Shown: positions 8,580 through 18,781, numbered from the stretch's first letter. The stretch is 64,000 nt of DNA from Nanobdellati archaeon (GCA_019429125.1 JAHYJO010000001.1:90065-154064); one strand, 5' to 3'. The notes: generated by a model not told the origin, from the letters alone. A program made the numbers and translations.

Positions 8580-10727
8580 ATGCAATTAAGAAAAATCGGA
8601 ACAGCACTTGTTGGTGCTGTATTGACGAGCGCAACTCTAATGGGTGGCGCTTTGGCTGCTGATTTGGGAACTTTCCCTGCACCATTCGCAACTGATAATG
8701 GAATTCAATCCACTATTGTTGTCGGATCAAGTGGATCAGTACAAGATGTTATAGGCGCAATAAACATTGGCGCAGCTCTAGCACAGGTTGGCGGTACAGT
8801 CGCTGGCGGTGTAGGTGCAACTACAACAGCTACAGGAGTAAAGACAGATGATTTAAAACTTAATGAAGCTGTAAATGTTTTAGGTACAACTCTTAAAGGC
8901 AATAAAATCGCAGGTCTTATTGATACAAAAATAACTTTTGATGATGGAACAAAATCAAGAAATTATGATGTTCATGAAGAGATAGGTCTAACACCAACTC
9001 TTAAGGTTCTTTCCAGTGTTGATGATGCTGATTTTGGAGCAGAGATTGTACTTGCAACTATAAATAAACCAGCTGTAACATACACATATGTTTTTGAAAA
9101 GGATTCAAACATGGATATTTCTAAAATAACAGCTACAAATCCACTTGAAGTTACAATACTTGGTAAGAGACTTAAAATAACTAACGTTGATAATGCATCT
9201 AATTCAATAACAGTACAAGAAGGTATGGAAGTTGCAATGGGTATGGATACTAAAGTAGAAATTGATGGCAAAGTGCTTGAAGTTACTGCAATAGGTCAGG
9301 GTACTGCTGCATTCAAAGTTGGTGTACATACGGCATTTATTAACTATAATTCCGAGTCTCCTGTAACTAAAGAAATTGGAACATCCGGTATTAAAGTAAC
9401 ACTTGATAACCTTCTTTATACAGATGATGCAGGTTCAAGACAGGTTCTTGTAACTGCTGGAACATCAACAACTGATACAATAACTGATGGTGATCCAATG
9501 ACTATGTTTGGTGAAGTTGATGATTCAACTGATGCTGTATGGCTTTGGTCTATAGAGGCTTCAGAGACTCCTGGTGAGGAGCTCAGAATTGGTGCTAAAC
9601 ATAACCAGAAATATGATGAACTTGATGAAGATGTAATAACTCTTGGCAACAAACTATCATTCCCTAATGACTATGCTGCTATATCTCTTGATGCATTAAC
9701 TGTTTCCGATTTTGGTAGATATGAACTATATTTTGAAACGGTTGACTTTACTGTTGGTCCAGATGAACAATCTATTACTACAATTGAAAATGTAAATGTT
9801 ATAACTTTGCGTGCAATTGATGGAAACGATGATGGATTTAAAGTCAGTGTACCAGGTAGTATTGATGAAGATGCAGATATTGTTTATATCGGTTTGAAGG
9901 ATACTACTAATGGTGGTCTTATATATGGGTTTAAAAACTCAAATAATAAGAACCAGATTGCATCATACGGTGAGGAATCTGCTGCTGAGTTTAACTTGAC
10001 TTTTGAAGATACAGTTATGGCTGTTGCAGGTGATAATGAAACAAATCAGGTTACTATTACTGATGCAAACAATGACATAATAGCTCTTAATGTAAGTGCT
10101 ACATGGAATTCATTACAAAAGAAAACTGATGCAGAGGCTGATGATGTTGTTATTGCAACTAAATCTAAGGGTACAGAAGAAAATGATGTAAGAATGACTT
10201 ACGGAACTCTTATTTTGGCACCTAAAGCAAATGCAGAGAAGGATAAAGTAATCTTCGAAGTACCTGCTGAAGTTCTTAAAGTAACTGTAACTGTTAGTGG
10301 ACCTGGTTCATCTGTAACTACTGTTGCTGGTGTTGCTGGTGGATACACTCCTGCTGCACTTCCTGCTACAGGTATTGCAAAGCTTGACAGTGATGCTGAA
10401 GCTGCAAAGACTGGTAACTTAATCCTAGTTGGTGGTCCTGCTGTAAACAGTATTGTTGCTGAACTTGCTGCTGCTGGTAAGACTCGAACTACTGCTCAGT
10501 GGAGAACTGAAACTGATGGTGTAAGAGATTATAAAGACAGTGCTCTTATACAGGCAGTTGACAGTGCATTCACAAACGGTAAAACAGCTCTTGTAGTTGC
10601 TGGTTATGGTGCTGATGACACAGGTAACGCTGCATACGTTCTACAGAACTATGCTAAGTTCGCTGATCAGCTTGCTGGTAAGTCTGAAGTAACTGTTACA
10701 GGTACAACAACTGATGCTGTACAGTAA
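8580..10727 (+). CDS. S-layer protein (S_layer_N / S_layer_C type)
   Basis: LRKIGTALVGAV..ALAADLGTFPAPF..IVVG..DVIGAINI; C-terminal NLILVGGPAVNSIV and ALVVAGYGADDT. Confidence 0.88.
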   Translation: MQLRKIGTALVGAVLTSATLMGGALAADLGTFPAPFATDNGIQSTIVVGSSGSVQDVIGAINIGAALAQVGGTVAGGVGATTTATGVKTDDLKLNEAVNVLGTTLKGNKIAGLIDTKITFDDGTKSRNYDVHEEIGLTPTLKVLSSVDDADFGAEIVLATINKPAVTYTYVFEKDSNMDISKITATNPLEVTILGKRLKITNVDNASNSITVQEGMEVAMGMDTKVEIDGKVLEVTAIGQGTAAFKVGVHTAFINYNSESPVTKEIGTSGIKVTLDNLLYTDDAGSRQVLVTAGTSTTDTITDGDPMTMFGEVDDSTDAVWLWSIEASETPGEELRIGAKHNQKYDELDEDVITLGNKLSFPNDYAAISLDALTVSDFGRYELYFETVDFTVGPDEQSITTIENVNVITLRAIDGNDDGFKVSVPGSIDEDADIVYIGLKDTTNGGLIYGFKNSNNKNQIASYGEESAAEFNLTFEDTVMAVAGDNETNQVTITDANNDIIALNVSATWNSLQKKTDAEADDVVIATKSKGTEENDVRMTYGTLILAPKANAEKDKVIFEVPAEVLKVTVTVSGPGSSVTTVAGVAGGYTPAALPATGIAKLDSDAEAAKTGNLILVGGPAVNSIVAELAAAGKTRTTAQWRTETDGVRDYKDSALIQAVDSAFTNGKTALVVAGYGADDTGNAAYVLQNYAKFADQLAGKSEVTVTGTTTDAVQ

Positions 10728-10738
10728 ATTGTTTGAAT

Positions 10739-10775
10739 GAGGAGCTTTATGCTCCTCTTTTTCTTTTCTTTTTTA
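10739..10775 (+). terminator. Hairpin plus T-tract terminator
   Basis: gaggagc-tttat-gctcctc followed by a T-tract. Confidence 0.75.
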
Positions 10776-10872
10776 ATGTTGATTATTTGTTCTTGAAAAT
10801 TTTATTTTTTGTGTGGTATGAGTATTTTTATAAGTATTAGGATTCCTTATTCTCTAAAAAATGTGGATATTT

Positions 10873-11182
10873 ATGATTACATCGACTAAAATATTGATTG
10901 CTGAATAAGTATCAACAGATTTAGCTTTAAGAAATTCCGCAGATAGATTCTTTGATTTTATTGATTCAATTAAACAAGATAATATAATTATTGATTTTAA
11001 AACGGTTGAATTTATATCTCAATCGTTTGCACATCAGTATTATTTAAGAAAAAAAGTTCTAAAAAAATAATTAATGAAATAAATATGTCATTAAATATAA
11101 AAAAATGTTTAAAATTGTTTCAGAACAAAAACAAAAAAAGCAAGTAATTACTATGAATGCATCTGATGCGATAAGTATTTGA
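10873..11182 (+). pseudogene. Degraded DUF4325/STAS-like small protein
   Basis: MITSTKILIAE*VSTDLALRNSADRFFDFIDSIKQDNIIIDFKTVEFISQSFAHQY, with an in-frame stop and later frameshifts. Confidence 0.6.
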
Positions 11183-11249
11183 GAAAGTTAGTTGGTTTTT
11201 TAGTGATTGGTGTTGTAGTAATTAATTATATTATACTTTTGTATATTTT

Positions 11250-11307
11250 ATTTTTCCAATATGTCTGCATATAATTTAATGATTACTTTTTGTGATGTGT
11301 CTATGAT
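11250..11307. repeat. Degenerate copy B of the 58-bp repeat
   Basis: Ungapped alignment to 11652-11709 (38 of 50 identical over 11251-11300). Confidence 0.7.
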
Positions 11308-11645
11308 GTTTTTTCAATAACTTCCCAATGTCCACCTTTATCAGGACCTATGCGTTTAAGCCGACCTTTTTCTTTTAGCTTCTTGATGTTTTCTTTTATC
11401 TTTCTTTGAGAAATATCCATCAATTCAGATAATTCATTTGCTGAAATACCAGCATCTTTAAGTATAAATTTTATAATATTCTTTTGATTTTTGGTTAATT
11501 TTTCTCCGACCTTTTCAGTGACCTTTTCTCCGACCTTACCATTCAATATTGAAAGATTTTTTCGTTTAAAAACAGCCACAAACGTACCAAATACATCTTT
11601 AAATTCAGTTTCGGGCTCTTTGAATGTTTTTGTTTCTAAATACAT
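11301..11645 (-). pseudogene. C-terminal wHTH fragment of an AlbA_2/HATPase-type (RecG-C-like) regulator
   Basis: EPETEFKD..VGEKVTEKVGEKLTKNQ..ISANELSE..LKRIGPDKGGHWEV; the N-terminal domains are missing. Confidence 0.7.
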
Positions 11646-11651
11646 AATTGG

Positions 11652-11709
11652 GTTTGTTCAACTTGCCTGTATATAATTTAGTGACCACTTTTGGTGGTGT
11701 ATTTAGGGA
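11652..11709. repeat. 58-bp direct repeat, copy C
   Basis: Identical to 12904-12961. Confidence 0.95.
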
Positions 11710-11737
11710 GTTTTACTTAGTTATGTATTTTTTGAGA

Positions 11738-12253
11738 CTAAATTTTGCTATTAATTATTTCTTTGACTTTTGATACAAACATTACTGTATTGATTCTTAA
11801 TTGTTCTATCTCATCATTATCAAATAGTATGTTTGCGGAATATGATGCAAGTTCTCGTTTGTTTTTTGAGTCTACATAGAATAAGATGTCTTTATAATTA
11901 AGAAAAAGTGAGATTAATTCTATATCGTTTCTTGTTAATTCTTTACTGTAAAATTCTTTAATTAGGATACAGAGTGTTGCAAGGTGACTTTTTGAAGAAT
12001 AGCCTTTACTTAATATTAATGCCAATGCAGCATGGTAACAGGCATAATAACATCCGGTTATTGCCCAGTCTGGATAATTCAACTGTATTGCATCTTTTAT
12101 GAAATTGAGATTATGTTTGGCTTTTTGGAAATGACCTTTTATTTCTCCTTTTGATGATTCTTTTTTAATTATTTTTTTATGTATAAAATTTTCTATTCTT
12201 TTTTCAACTAAATGTGGATTATTAAGCATATTATTTAATTCGTAGATATTCAT
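11738..12253 (-). CDS. HEPN-domain protein (partner of the MNT protein)
   Basis: KAKHNL..WAITGCYYACYHAALALI..SKSH..RELASY; overlaps the MNT gene. Confidence 0.85.
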   Translation of the reverse strand: MNIYELNNMLNNPHLVEKRIENFIHKKIIKKESSKGEIKGHFQKAKHNLNFIKDAIQLNYPDWAITGCYYACYHAALALILSKGYSSKSHLATLCILIKEFYSKELTRNDIELISLFLNYKDILFYVDSKNKRELASYSANILFDNDEIEQLRINTVMFVSKVKEIINSKI

Positions 12254-12845
12254 CGTAAATGCACGTATAATAGTATATATGGTTGGTTAACGGATAACCT
12301 GTCTCAATTGCAGATTGAATGACTGGTTCTTCTTTAATTTTAATTTCTTTTTTGAATTTTGGAAGTGTGATCTGAAAATCATTTATTTTCATAGATGTTT
12401 GTGTCTCAACATAGTTTTTTGCATTTGTTGTATCTATTTTTTTATTTGATATGAGCAAAATATCTATATCGGATTCTTTTGTATAATTATTTTTTGCAGT
12501 TGATCCGAAAAGGAACATGATTATCGGTTTTTCGTCTAAGGTGTCTATAAATATGTTAATTGCGTCTTTTCTGAGAGTATTTAATTGTTGCATTTTTTCT
12601 GTGTCAAAACAGGTAAATAATGCATATGTCTCTTTTGTTTTTTTTATTTTGTATCTTTTCATATTCCCTTCTTTTTCAGAACTTAAGATTCTTGAGAGTT
12701 CAAGTTTATTTAGGAATCTGTATGCACTGTTTTCATTAAGTTCTGTTTTTCTGGCAAGTTCTCTAAGGTGAATACATTGATTCTTATTTTCATAGAAGAA
12801 TCTAAGGATTCTTTCAATTCCCGGAGTTATAATATTGTTTAACAT
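12231..12845 (-). CDS. wHTH plus minimal nucleotidyltransferase (MNT) antitoxin
   Basis: IHLRELARKTEL HTH; LFGSTAK..SDIDIL Pol-beta motif. Confidence 0.88.
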   Translation of the reverse strand: MLNNIITPGIERILRFFYENKNQCIHLRELARKTELNENSAYRFLNKLELSRILSSEKEGNMKRYKIKKTKETYALFTCFDTEKMQQLNTLRKDAINIFIDTLDEKPIIMFLFGSTAKNNYTKESDIDILLISNKKIDTTNAKNYVETQTSMKINDFQITLPKFKKEIKIKEEPVIQSAIETGYPLTNHIYYYTCIYDEYLRIK

Positions 12846-12903
12846 ATTTCAACAATTGTTTAATTGTTTTAAACAGTTATATGTTTGTTGGTTATATCAA
12901 TAT

Positions 12904-12961
12904 GTTTGTTCAACTTGCCTGTATATAATTTAGTGACCACTTTTGGTGGTGTATTTAGGGA
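12904..12961. repeat. 58-bp direct repeat, copy D
   Basis: Identical to 11652-11709. Confidence 0.95.
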
Positions 12962-13004
12962 AATGTCTTTTAATATTTAAAATTATACATACCTTATCTA
13001 TTTT

Positions 13005-14144
13005 ATGGATAAAATAAAGGCAAAATTGAAGCAGATGCCATCTGATTTTGTTGTGAAAGAGATATTACCTGATAAGCGCATTCTTGATATTAATACCCAA
13101 TTTGATTATCCAAATGAGGGAAATACTTTACATTGTATACTTAAAAAAGAGGATTTTGATCAGTTCCGCGCTGTAGGCATCATTGCATCTGAATTGGGAA
13201 TTGCTTCAAAAGATGTTGCTATATGTGGAACAAAGGATAAGATAGCGCATACAACACAGAGAGTGTCTATTAAAGGGTGTAAGAGTGTTGATATAGATAA
13301 ACTTGTGTTGGGCGACATAAGTATTAAATATCTTGGCAGAGGGCCTGAATTGCGCATTGGTGAGCTTTACGGCAATCACTTTGAGATTGTTTTGAGAGGC
13401 ATTGATATAGATAAAGAGGAACTCTCAAAATATCTTCAAAAAATAAAAGACAATCCTAAATTTCCCAATCATTTCGGTGAGCAGAGGTTTGGGTCTATAA
13501 GACCTATATCACACATTGTAGGAAAACATGTAATTCTTGGTGATTTTAAGGGTGCTGTGCTTGATTATATCTGTCTTTGCTTTCCTCGGGAGTCTGAAAT
13601 GATACAAAAAGCCAGAATTAAGGCAAAGAGTGACATTAAGGCTGCTCTTGAACTGTTTCCTAAGTCTTCATATTATGAGCGGGTGATGATGTCTCATCTG
13701 ATTGAGAAACCAGAGGATTATCGTGGTGCCTTTTTTAGGTTGCCACCCAATCTTCAGAAACTTATGGTGCACGCTTATCAGTCATATCTTTTTAATAGGA
13801 TTTTAGATAAAGTAATAGCTTCAGGTTTTGGTAATCGTATGCTTGAGATACCTCTGTTCGGGTTTGGGATGAACATACCAAAAGATCCTAAATTAGTTGC
13901 TATAATGCGCGAGGTCCTTAAGGCAGAGAATATTAGTCTTGGTAATTTTAGGGATGATTCTTCAAGACAATTGGGGTCAAAAGGTGGTCGCAGAAAGGCA
14001 TTTCAGACTGCAGAACAATTTAAGGTTGTAGAAATCGGTGACGATGAACTTAATTTAGGAAAAATAAAATGTAAAATATCTTTCTCGCTTCGTAAAGGGA
14101 CATATGCAACTGTTTTTTTAGGTAATAATTTTGACTTGTCTTGA
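13005..14144 (+). CDS. truD: tRNA pseudouridine(13) synthase
   Basis: PSDFVVKE, GTKDK, GNHFEI, FPNHFGEQRFG, HAYQSYLFN, FSLRKGTYAT. Confidence 0.95.
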   Translation: MDKIKAKLKQMPSDFVVKEILPDKRILDINTQFDYPNEGNTLHCILKKEDFDQFRAVGIIASELGIASKDVAICGTKDKIAHTTQRVSIKGCKSVDIDKLVLGDISIKYLGRGPELRIGELYGNHFEIVLRGIDIDKEELSKYLQKIKDNPKFPNHFGEQRFGSIRPISHIVGKHVILGDFKGAVLDYICLCFPRESEMIQKARIKAKSDIKAALELFPKSSYYERVMMSHLIEKPEDYRGAFFRLPPNLQKLMVHAYQSYLFNRILDKVIASGFGNRMLEIPLFGFGMNIPKDPKLVAIMREVLKAENISLGNFRDDSSRQLGSKGGRRKAFQTAEQFKVVEIGDDELNLGKIKCKISFSLRKGTYATVFLGNNFDLS

Positions 14145-14147
14145 AAT

Positions 14148-14582
14148 TTATTTGTTTGCTCTAATTATCCATGCTGTATATGTTTCATTGTTGCCTAAAT
14201 CACAGTCACATCTGCAGTGTTTTTCGGTATTTGCATCTATGAACGGGTCAAGGTCAGTCGGTTTTTCTGATGGGTAGCATGAACAGTCATAGTTTAAGTC
14301 AGGGTGGTTTTGTATTGCAAGACATTGTTCTTTTGCAAAACTATTGTTGTAGCTTGTAAACATTATCCAGCCAGTACCAAGTATAAGTATAATAAATATC
14401 GTAATGACTATGGTTTTTGTAAAGTCTTTTTTTGGTATTTCGTCTTTTTGAGAAGTCTTGTTTTTTGTATCTGTCTCTTTAGTCTCAATTACTTTTTTAT
14501 TGATATCTTTTTTTTGAGTATTTTTAAGTTTATTATCATTATCTTCAATTTCTTTTTCGGTGGTATCTTTTTCCCCCATCAT
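14148..14582 (-). CDS. Single-TM protein with a Cys-rich C-terminal domain
   Basis: Charged N-terminus, TM helix, CLAIQ..CSC..CRCDC. Confidence 0.7.
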   Translation of the reverse strand: MMGEKDTTEKEIEDNDNKLKNTQKKDINKKVIETKETDTKNKTSQKDEIPKKDFTKTIVITIFIILILGTGWIMFTSYNNSFAKEQCLAIQNHPDLNYDCSCYPSEKPTDLDPFIDANTEKHCRCDCDLGNNETYTAWIIRANK

Positions 14583-14620
14583 GTATCACATAAAATATTG
14601 TAAGTATATAAGTATTTGGT

Positions 14621-15322
14621 TTATTGGTATATATTAAAGATGGTCTCAAGTTCGTCTTTTTCGACAAAACCTTTTCTTATAGTGTCAAAATTGATTATCA
14701 TTGCTGGTAAATTATCTATATCTATATTGTAGCTATTACGTATTGTGCTTATCAATGGGTCTTTATCATATTCACCGTCTATTGATAGAACTACAAGTTT
14801 TCCGTGTTTTTTGTATCCGTTTTCTTGTTTTGTGTCATCATTGTATTTTTTTACAAATTCGTCAAGTATGTATCCTTGTATTTCTGAAGTTTTATCATCT
14901 ATCTTGTAAAAATACAGTATAGGTGTATACTCATCTTTGCATGAATCCTGATAGTTGTGTATATGATTATAAAATTTTATTTCCATCAGGAAATATCTGC
15001 GTTTCAGGTATTCAAATTCTGTTTTTTTGAAATCAGATGCACTACCGTATCGTTGCAGTTCACGGCCAGTCTCGCCAAGGTCTTTACTTATCATTTCTAT
15101 TCTAGGGGTTAGTATCTTACAATCTATGTTTCCTATGTTTTCTAAAAATATCCATTCTATATTATAGCTTTCACTGTTTAGTTCATTGTCTTTTATTATG
15201 TTTAATACTTCATTAGTCCTGTAATTGTCAAGAACCCAACCTATCATGATACCGCTTGTGAAGATGACTATTGCTGCTATAAGGCTTGTTATAAATATGT
15301 GTTTTATGTATTGTTCTTTCAT
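14621..15322 (-). CDS. Membrane-anchored protein with a thioredoxin-like C-terminal domain
   Basis: N-terminal TM helix; ILYFY..SEIQGYILD..VLSID..YNI..LPAMII. Confidence 0.65.
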   Translation of the reverse strand: MKEQYIKHIFITSLIAAIVIFTSGIMIGWVLDNYRTNEVLNIIKDNELNSESYNIEWIFLENIGNIDCKILTPRIEMISKDLGETGRELQRYGSASDFKKTEFEYLKRRYFLMEIKFYNHIHNYQDSCKDEYTPILYFYKIDDKTSEIQGYILDEFVKKYNDDTKQENGYKKHGKLVVLSIDGEYDKDPLISTIRNSYNIDIDNLPAMIINFDTIRKGFVEKDELETIFNIYQ

Positions 15323-15378
15323 TTAAAGTCCTCTGTTTTTGATTATGATATTAATTTCATCAGATATATTTAAAAATG

Positions 15379-16626
15379 CTACCATACTCGTTTTGATTTG
15401 CGTAATTCAAGAATTAAGGAACATATCCAGCTTAGAGTTACAATCCATGAATATACGGTGAGGAATAGTAAAAATGCTATTATAGATTTAGGGGATAAAT
15501 CTATTTTATTTTCTATAAGTTTGTGTGCTTTATACATCATGTATAATCCAATTGCTGTTATTATTAATAGTGGTATTGTTATCTTAAAATTTATGGTCAA
15601 TAATGTTTGTTTTATTGTGAGTATATCTATTAGATTAAGTATTGAGGTCTCTGCAATTATTGTTCGTTGATATATGTATTTTAACCAAGTAAATATGCCA
15701 TTAAAGACAATTGTTGTGGTTAAGAATACTATAAATATTCCTAGTATATTAAGGGGTAGCATGAATAGTCCTAAGAGCCCGAATTCTTTGTTTAAATGCA
15801 TGTGTTTGTATTTTCGTGCATTATATATGTAACCTCTAAACCATCTGATTCTTTGACGCATCAATGCTTTAAACGTGTCTGGTGCATTCGTGTGTGTTAT
15901 GCTTCTAATCTCAAATGCGATGTGTTTATGTTTGTTGTGGAGGCGTAATGCAATTTCTAGGTCTTCAGTTATGTTGTCAGCTTCATCAAAATAACCTTCA
16001 GTTTTGAGGTCTTCTGTCCTGTATACACTTAAGACACCAGGGGTTACGTACATACAGTTTATGAATGAATATAATGTTCTAAATATTGCTGCATACATGT
16101 ATTCAAATACTTGAATTTTTTCAATAATTTTTTTGTGATTTCTAATTAATATACTGCTTGAGCAACCTGATATTTCTTTCTTTCTGAAATGTTGGACAAG
16201 GCGTATTACTGATTCTTTTTCGATGTATGAATCAGCATCTACACAGGCGAACAATTCTTTTTTTGATCTTTTTAGTGCAACATTTAATGCATGGCCTTTG
16301 CCATGATTTTTTGTGCTTATGACTATTACGCCTTCTTTTTTGTATTTTTTTGCGATTTTTGCAGTGTTGTCTTTTGAGCCGTCATCTATTACAAATATTT
16401 CGTATCTGTCTTTGGGATAGTCTATATTTAATATTGATTCTATTGTTTTTGCTATTGTAGTCTCTTCATTATAGGCTGGGATTGTGAAAGTTATTGAGGG
16501 GTAATAGCCTTTTTTAGGTTTAATACTTTCTTCAATCTCTTTTTTACTTAGAAAAAGTAGATTTATCCAGATGATTGAAATGTATAATCCTATGAATGAA
16601 ATTATGAGCATGACGTATTCAAGCAT
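15379..16626 (-). CDS. GT2 processive glycosyltransferase (PgaC/IcaA-like)
   Basis: IPAYNEE, DDGSKD, DADS, TEDLE, QRIRW; several TM helices. Confidence 0.88.
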   Translation of the reverse strand: MLEYVMLIISFIGLYISIIWINLLFLSKKEIEESIKPKKGYYPSITFTIPAYNEETTIAKTIESILNIDYPKDRYEIFVIDDGSKDNTAKIAKKYKKEGVIVISTKNHGKGHALNVALKRSKKELFACVDADSYIEKESVIRLVQHFRKKEISGCSSSILIRNHKKIIEKIQVFEYMYAAIFRTLYSFINCMYVTPGVLSVYRTEDLKTEGYFDEADNITEDLEIALRLHNKHKHIAFEIRSITHTNAPDTFKALMRQRIRWFRGYIYNARKYKHMHLNKEFGLLGLFMLPLNILGIFIVFLTTTIVFNGIFTWLKYIYQRTIIAETSILNLIDILTIKQTLLTINFKITIPLLIITAIGLYMMYKAHKLIENKIDLSPKSIIAFLLFLTVYSWIVTLSWICSLILELRKSKRVW

Positions 16627-16644
16627 ATTGGTTCACTTTTGTTT

Positions 16645-16983
16645 TCAATAAAGTTTTAGATAGCCTGTTATCTTGTCTATCTTTTCATCAGTATCAGGGC
16701 CTATGGCAAGTGCTGTGATTGTTCCTGATGGTACTTCTGTCTTTCCTGCATCGCGTATCAGTGCGGGTTTCATCTTTTCTGCGTTTGCTTTGTTGAATAG
16801 GTCTATAATATCTTTTTCGCTATCTATTTTTAGGACTACTTTTTTTTGGCCTTGCATTTCCCATATATTTTTGTTTTCTGCTGGTGCTTTCTTGTAGGCT
16901 TCAAGGGATGCGTGGCTCGCTTGGGCTGCCATCTTTCCTTTTCCCATATTCAAATCTTTTCGGATTATGATTGCTTGCTTCAT
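16645..16983 (-). CDS. pth2: Peptidyl-tRNA hydrolase 2
   Basis: RKDLNMGKGKMAAQASHA, QKKVVLK, DAGKTEV, AIGP. Confidence 0.95.
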   Translation of the reverse strand: MKQAIIIRKDLNMGKGKMAAQASHASLEAYKKAPAENKNIWEMQGQKKVVLKIDSEKDIIDLFNKANAEKMKPALIRDAGKTEVPSGTITALAIGPDTDEKIDKITGYLKLY

Positions 16984-17053
16984 AGTATTTATTTTGAAAA
17001 ACTAACTTTTTAAATGCTATGTTTATATAGTTATTTTATGTTAATTAATTGGT

Positions 17054-17851
17054 ATGGCTGGTAACTTAAGCAGTTTTATTAATGAGCAGATAGTGTATCC
17101 TCTTTTGAATGATAATCCTTATTATACACTTGGTGAAACTGTTCTTTATGGGTTGGCATTTCTTTTTTTCGTGTGGTTGGCATCAAAGTTTTTTGAGAAG
17201 ATGAAGATTGATATTGGTCTTAAGTTTTTGGTCGGTTGGTCTGGGTGGATACTTATAATGGCTGGAACACGGGTTTTAAAAGATCAAGGTGTTCTTACCT
17301 CTCTTATTTTTATTACACCTTTTAATGATGTCTTTTTTGTATCTATTGCATTTTCATTGATGTTTATTCTTAAGATTTTAGAGAAAAAAGGTGTTGTTGA
17401 CTTTTATTCTGTTTGGATGCGCTTGCCTTATGTTTTGTTTATTCCAATATTATTCTATCTGTCTTATTCAAATATTATTGGAGGGTTCTATATATTTTTT
17501 ATATTTTCGGTGTTTATGAGTTTATTGTATTTGGTGCGCAAGAAGTTTTCATATATATTGTCTTTTGAAAATATGGTTGCGATGGCATCTCATATTCTTG
17601 ATGCATCTGCTACGTTTGTTGCTATGTCTTTTTTTGGTGCTTTTGAGAAACACATAGTGCCTAATATATTTATTGGTACATTTGGCCCTATTGCCATGTT
17701 TCCTTTAAAAATAATTGTTGTTGGGTTTGTGCTTTATTATATTGATAAAGAAGTTGATAATGATTATGAAAGGCGATTTTTTAAGTTGATGATATTTTCT
17801 TTAGGGCTTGGTCCAGGGCTTCGCGGACTGATACAAGTTATGGGGTACTAA
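17054..17851 (+). CDS. DUF63 family membrane protein
   Basis: YTLGETVLY, HILDASATF, EKHIVPN, LGLGPGLR. Confidence 0.85.
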   Translation: MAGNLSSFINEQIVYPLLNDNPYYTLGETVLYGLAFLFFVWLASKFFEKMKIDIGLKFLVGWSGWILIMAGTRVLKDQGVLTSLIFITPFNDVFFVSIAFSLMFILKILEKKGVVDFYSVWMRLPYVLFIPILFYLSYSNIIGGFYIFFIFSVFMSLLYLVRKKFSYILSFENMVAMASHILDASATFVAMSFFGAFEKHIVPNIFIGTFGPIAMFPLKIIVVGFVLYYIDKEVDNDYERRFFKLMIFSLGLGPGLRGLIQVMGY

Positions 17852-17853
17852 AT

Positions 17854-17987
17854 ACAGGCTTCAGAATTATGGAACTAAAGTTCCAAGCTTTTAAGTAAGC
17901 TGAAAAAGCCCGGGTATCTTTATGATACGACCTTAACAAAGGTTGACCATGTGAGCGCATTGACTTTCAGTCAACGCACATGTCTGT
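17854..17987. other. Hairpin-rich intergenic element (candidate structured RNA or small mobile element)
   Basis: At least five short stems; the ends pair (acaggc/gtctgt). Confidence 0.45.
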
Positions 17988-18040
17988 TTTTTTTGTATGT
18001 AATTAGAATATGATTTAATTCGTTAAAAATTAAAAAGTAA

Positions 18041-18113
18041 TGGGTCGAGCCAGATTTGAACTGGCGACCTTCGCCTTGTAAGGGCGACGTCATAGCCACT
18101 AGACTACCGACCC
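18041..18113 (-). tRNA. tRNA-Val(UAC)
   Basis: GGGTCGG acceptor stem, anticodon loop CTTACAA, GTTCAAAT T-loop; CCA not encoded. Confidence 0.95.
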
Positions 18114-18181
18114 AAAGTAGAAGTGCTAAGTATCTTTTTTTGCGACAACTTTATATGCTTTTATATTTTTGTGGGTAAATT

Positions 18182-18781
18182 ATGGTCATGCTTACTCTTG
18201 AACAAGGTGCAAAGCTTGTAAAATATGCAAGATTGTCGATAAAGGATTATCTGTCTGGCGGTGCGTTAGAAGTTAAAGATTTTTCGTTTGCGCGTGATAA
18301 ACAGGGTGTATTTGTGACTCTCTTGACATATCCCGAAAAGGAGCTTCGCGGGTGTATCGGGTTTCCTGAACCAGTTTTACCCCTATATGACTCTATATCT
18401 AAAGCGGCAGTATATGCTGCGGTTGATGATCCGCGATTTATTGAATTGTCTTTGGTTGAGTTGGATAAAGTTATTGTTGAAATATCTGTCCTTACGGTTC
18501 CTGAAAAGATAGTGTTGTCTGATACAAAAAGGTATGAGGATAAGATAACAATCGGTAAAGATGGGTTGATAATTCGGCGCGGGAATGTTTCAGGGCTTCT
18601 TCTGCCACAGGTGCCTGTTGAATTTGGCTGGGATAAGAAACAGTTTCTTGCGCAGACTTGTGTCAAGGCAGGGCTTCCTTCTGATTGTTATCTTTTGTCT
18701 GGTGTGGGTGTATACCGGTTTCAGGCGCAGATATTTTCTGAAGAGAGTCCTTATGGTGTTGTAGTTGAAAAAATACTTTGA
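18182..18781 (+). CDS. amrA: AMMECR1-domain protein
   Basis: GVFVTL, LRGCIG, DPRF, EISVLT, GLLLPQV. Confidence 0.92.
   Translation: MVMLTLEQGAKLVKYARLSIKDYLSGGALEVKDFSFARDKQGVFVTLLTYPEKELRGCIGFPEPVLPLYDSISKAAVYAAVDDPRFIELSLVELDKVIVEISVLTVPEKIVLSDTKRYEDKITIGKDGLIIRRGNVSGLLLPQVPVEFGWDKKQFLAQTCVKAGLPSDCYLLSGVGVYRFQAQIFSEESPYGVVVEKIL

Noticed and set aside
11500-11540. 12-bp repeats encoding VGEK/VTEK
   Set aside because: Common linker repeats in this regulator family.
11250-12961. Classical integron attC sites
   Set aside because: No RYYYAAC...GTTRRRY long imperfect palindrome and no intI gene in the window.
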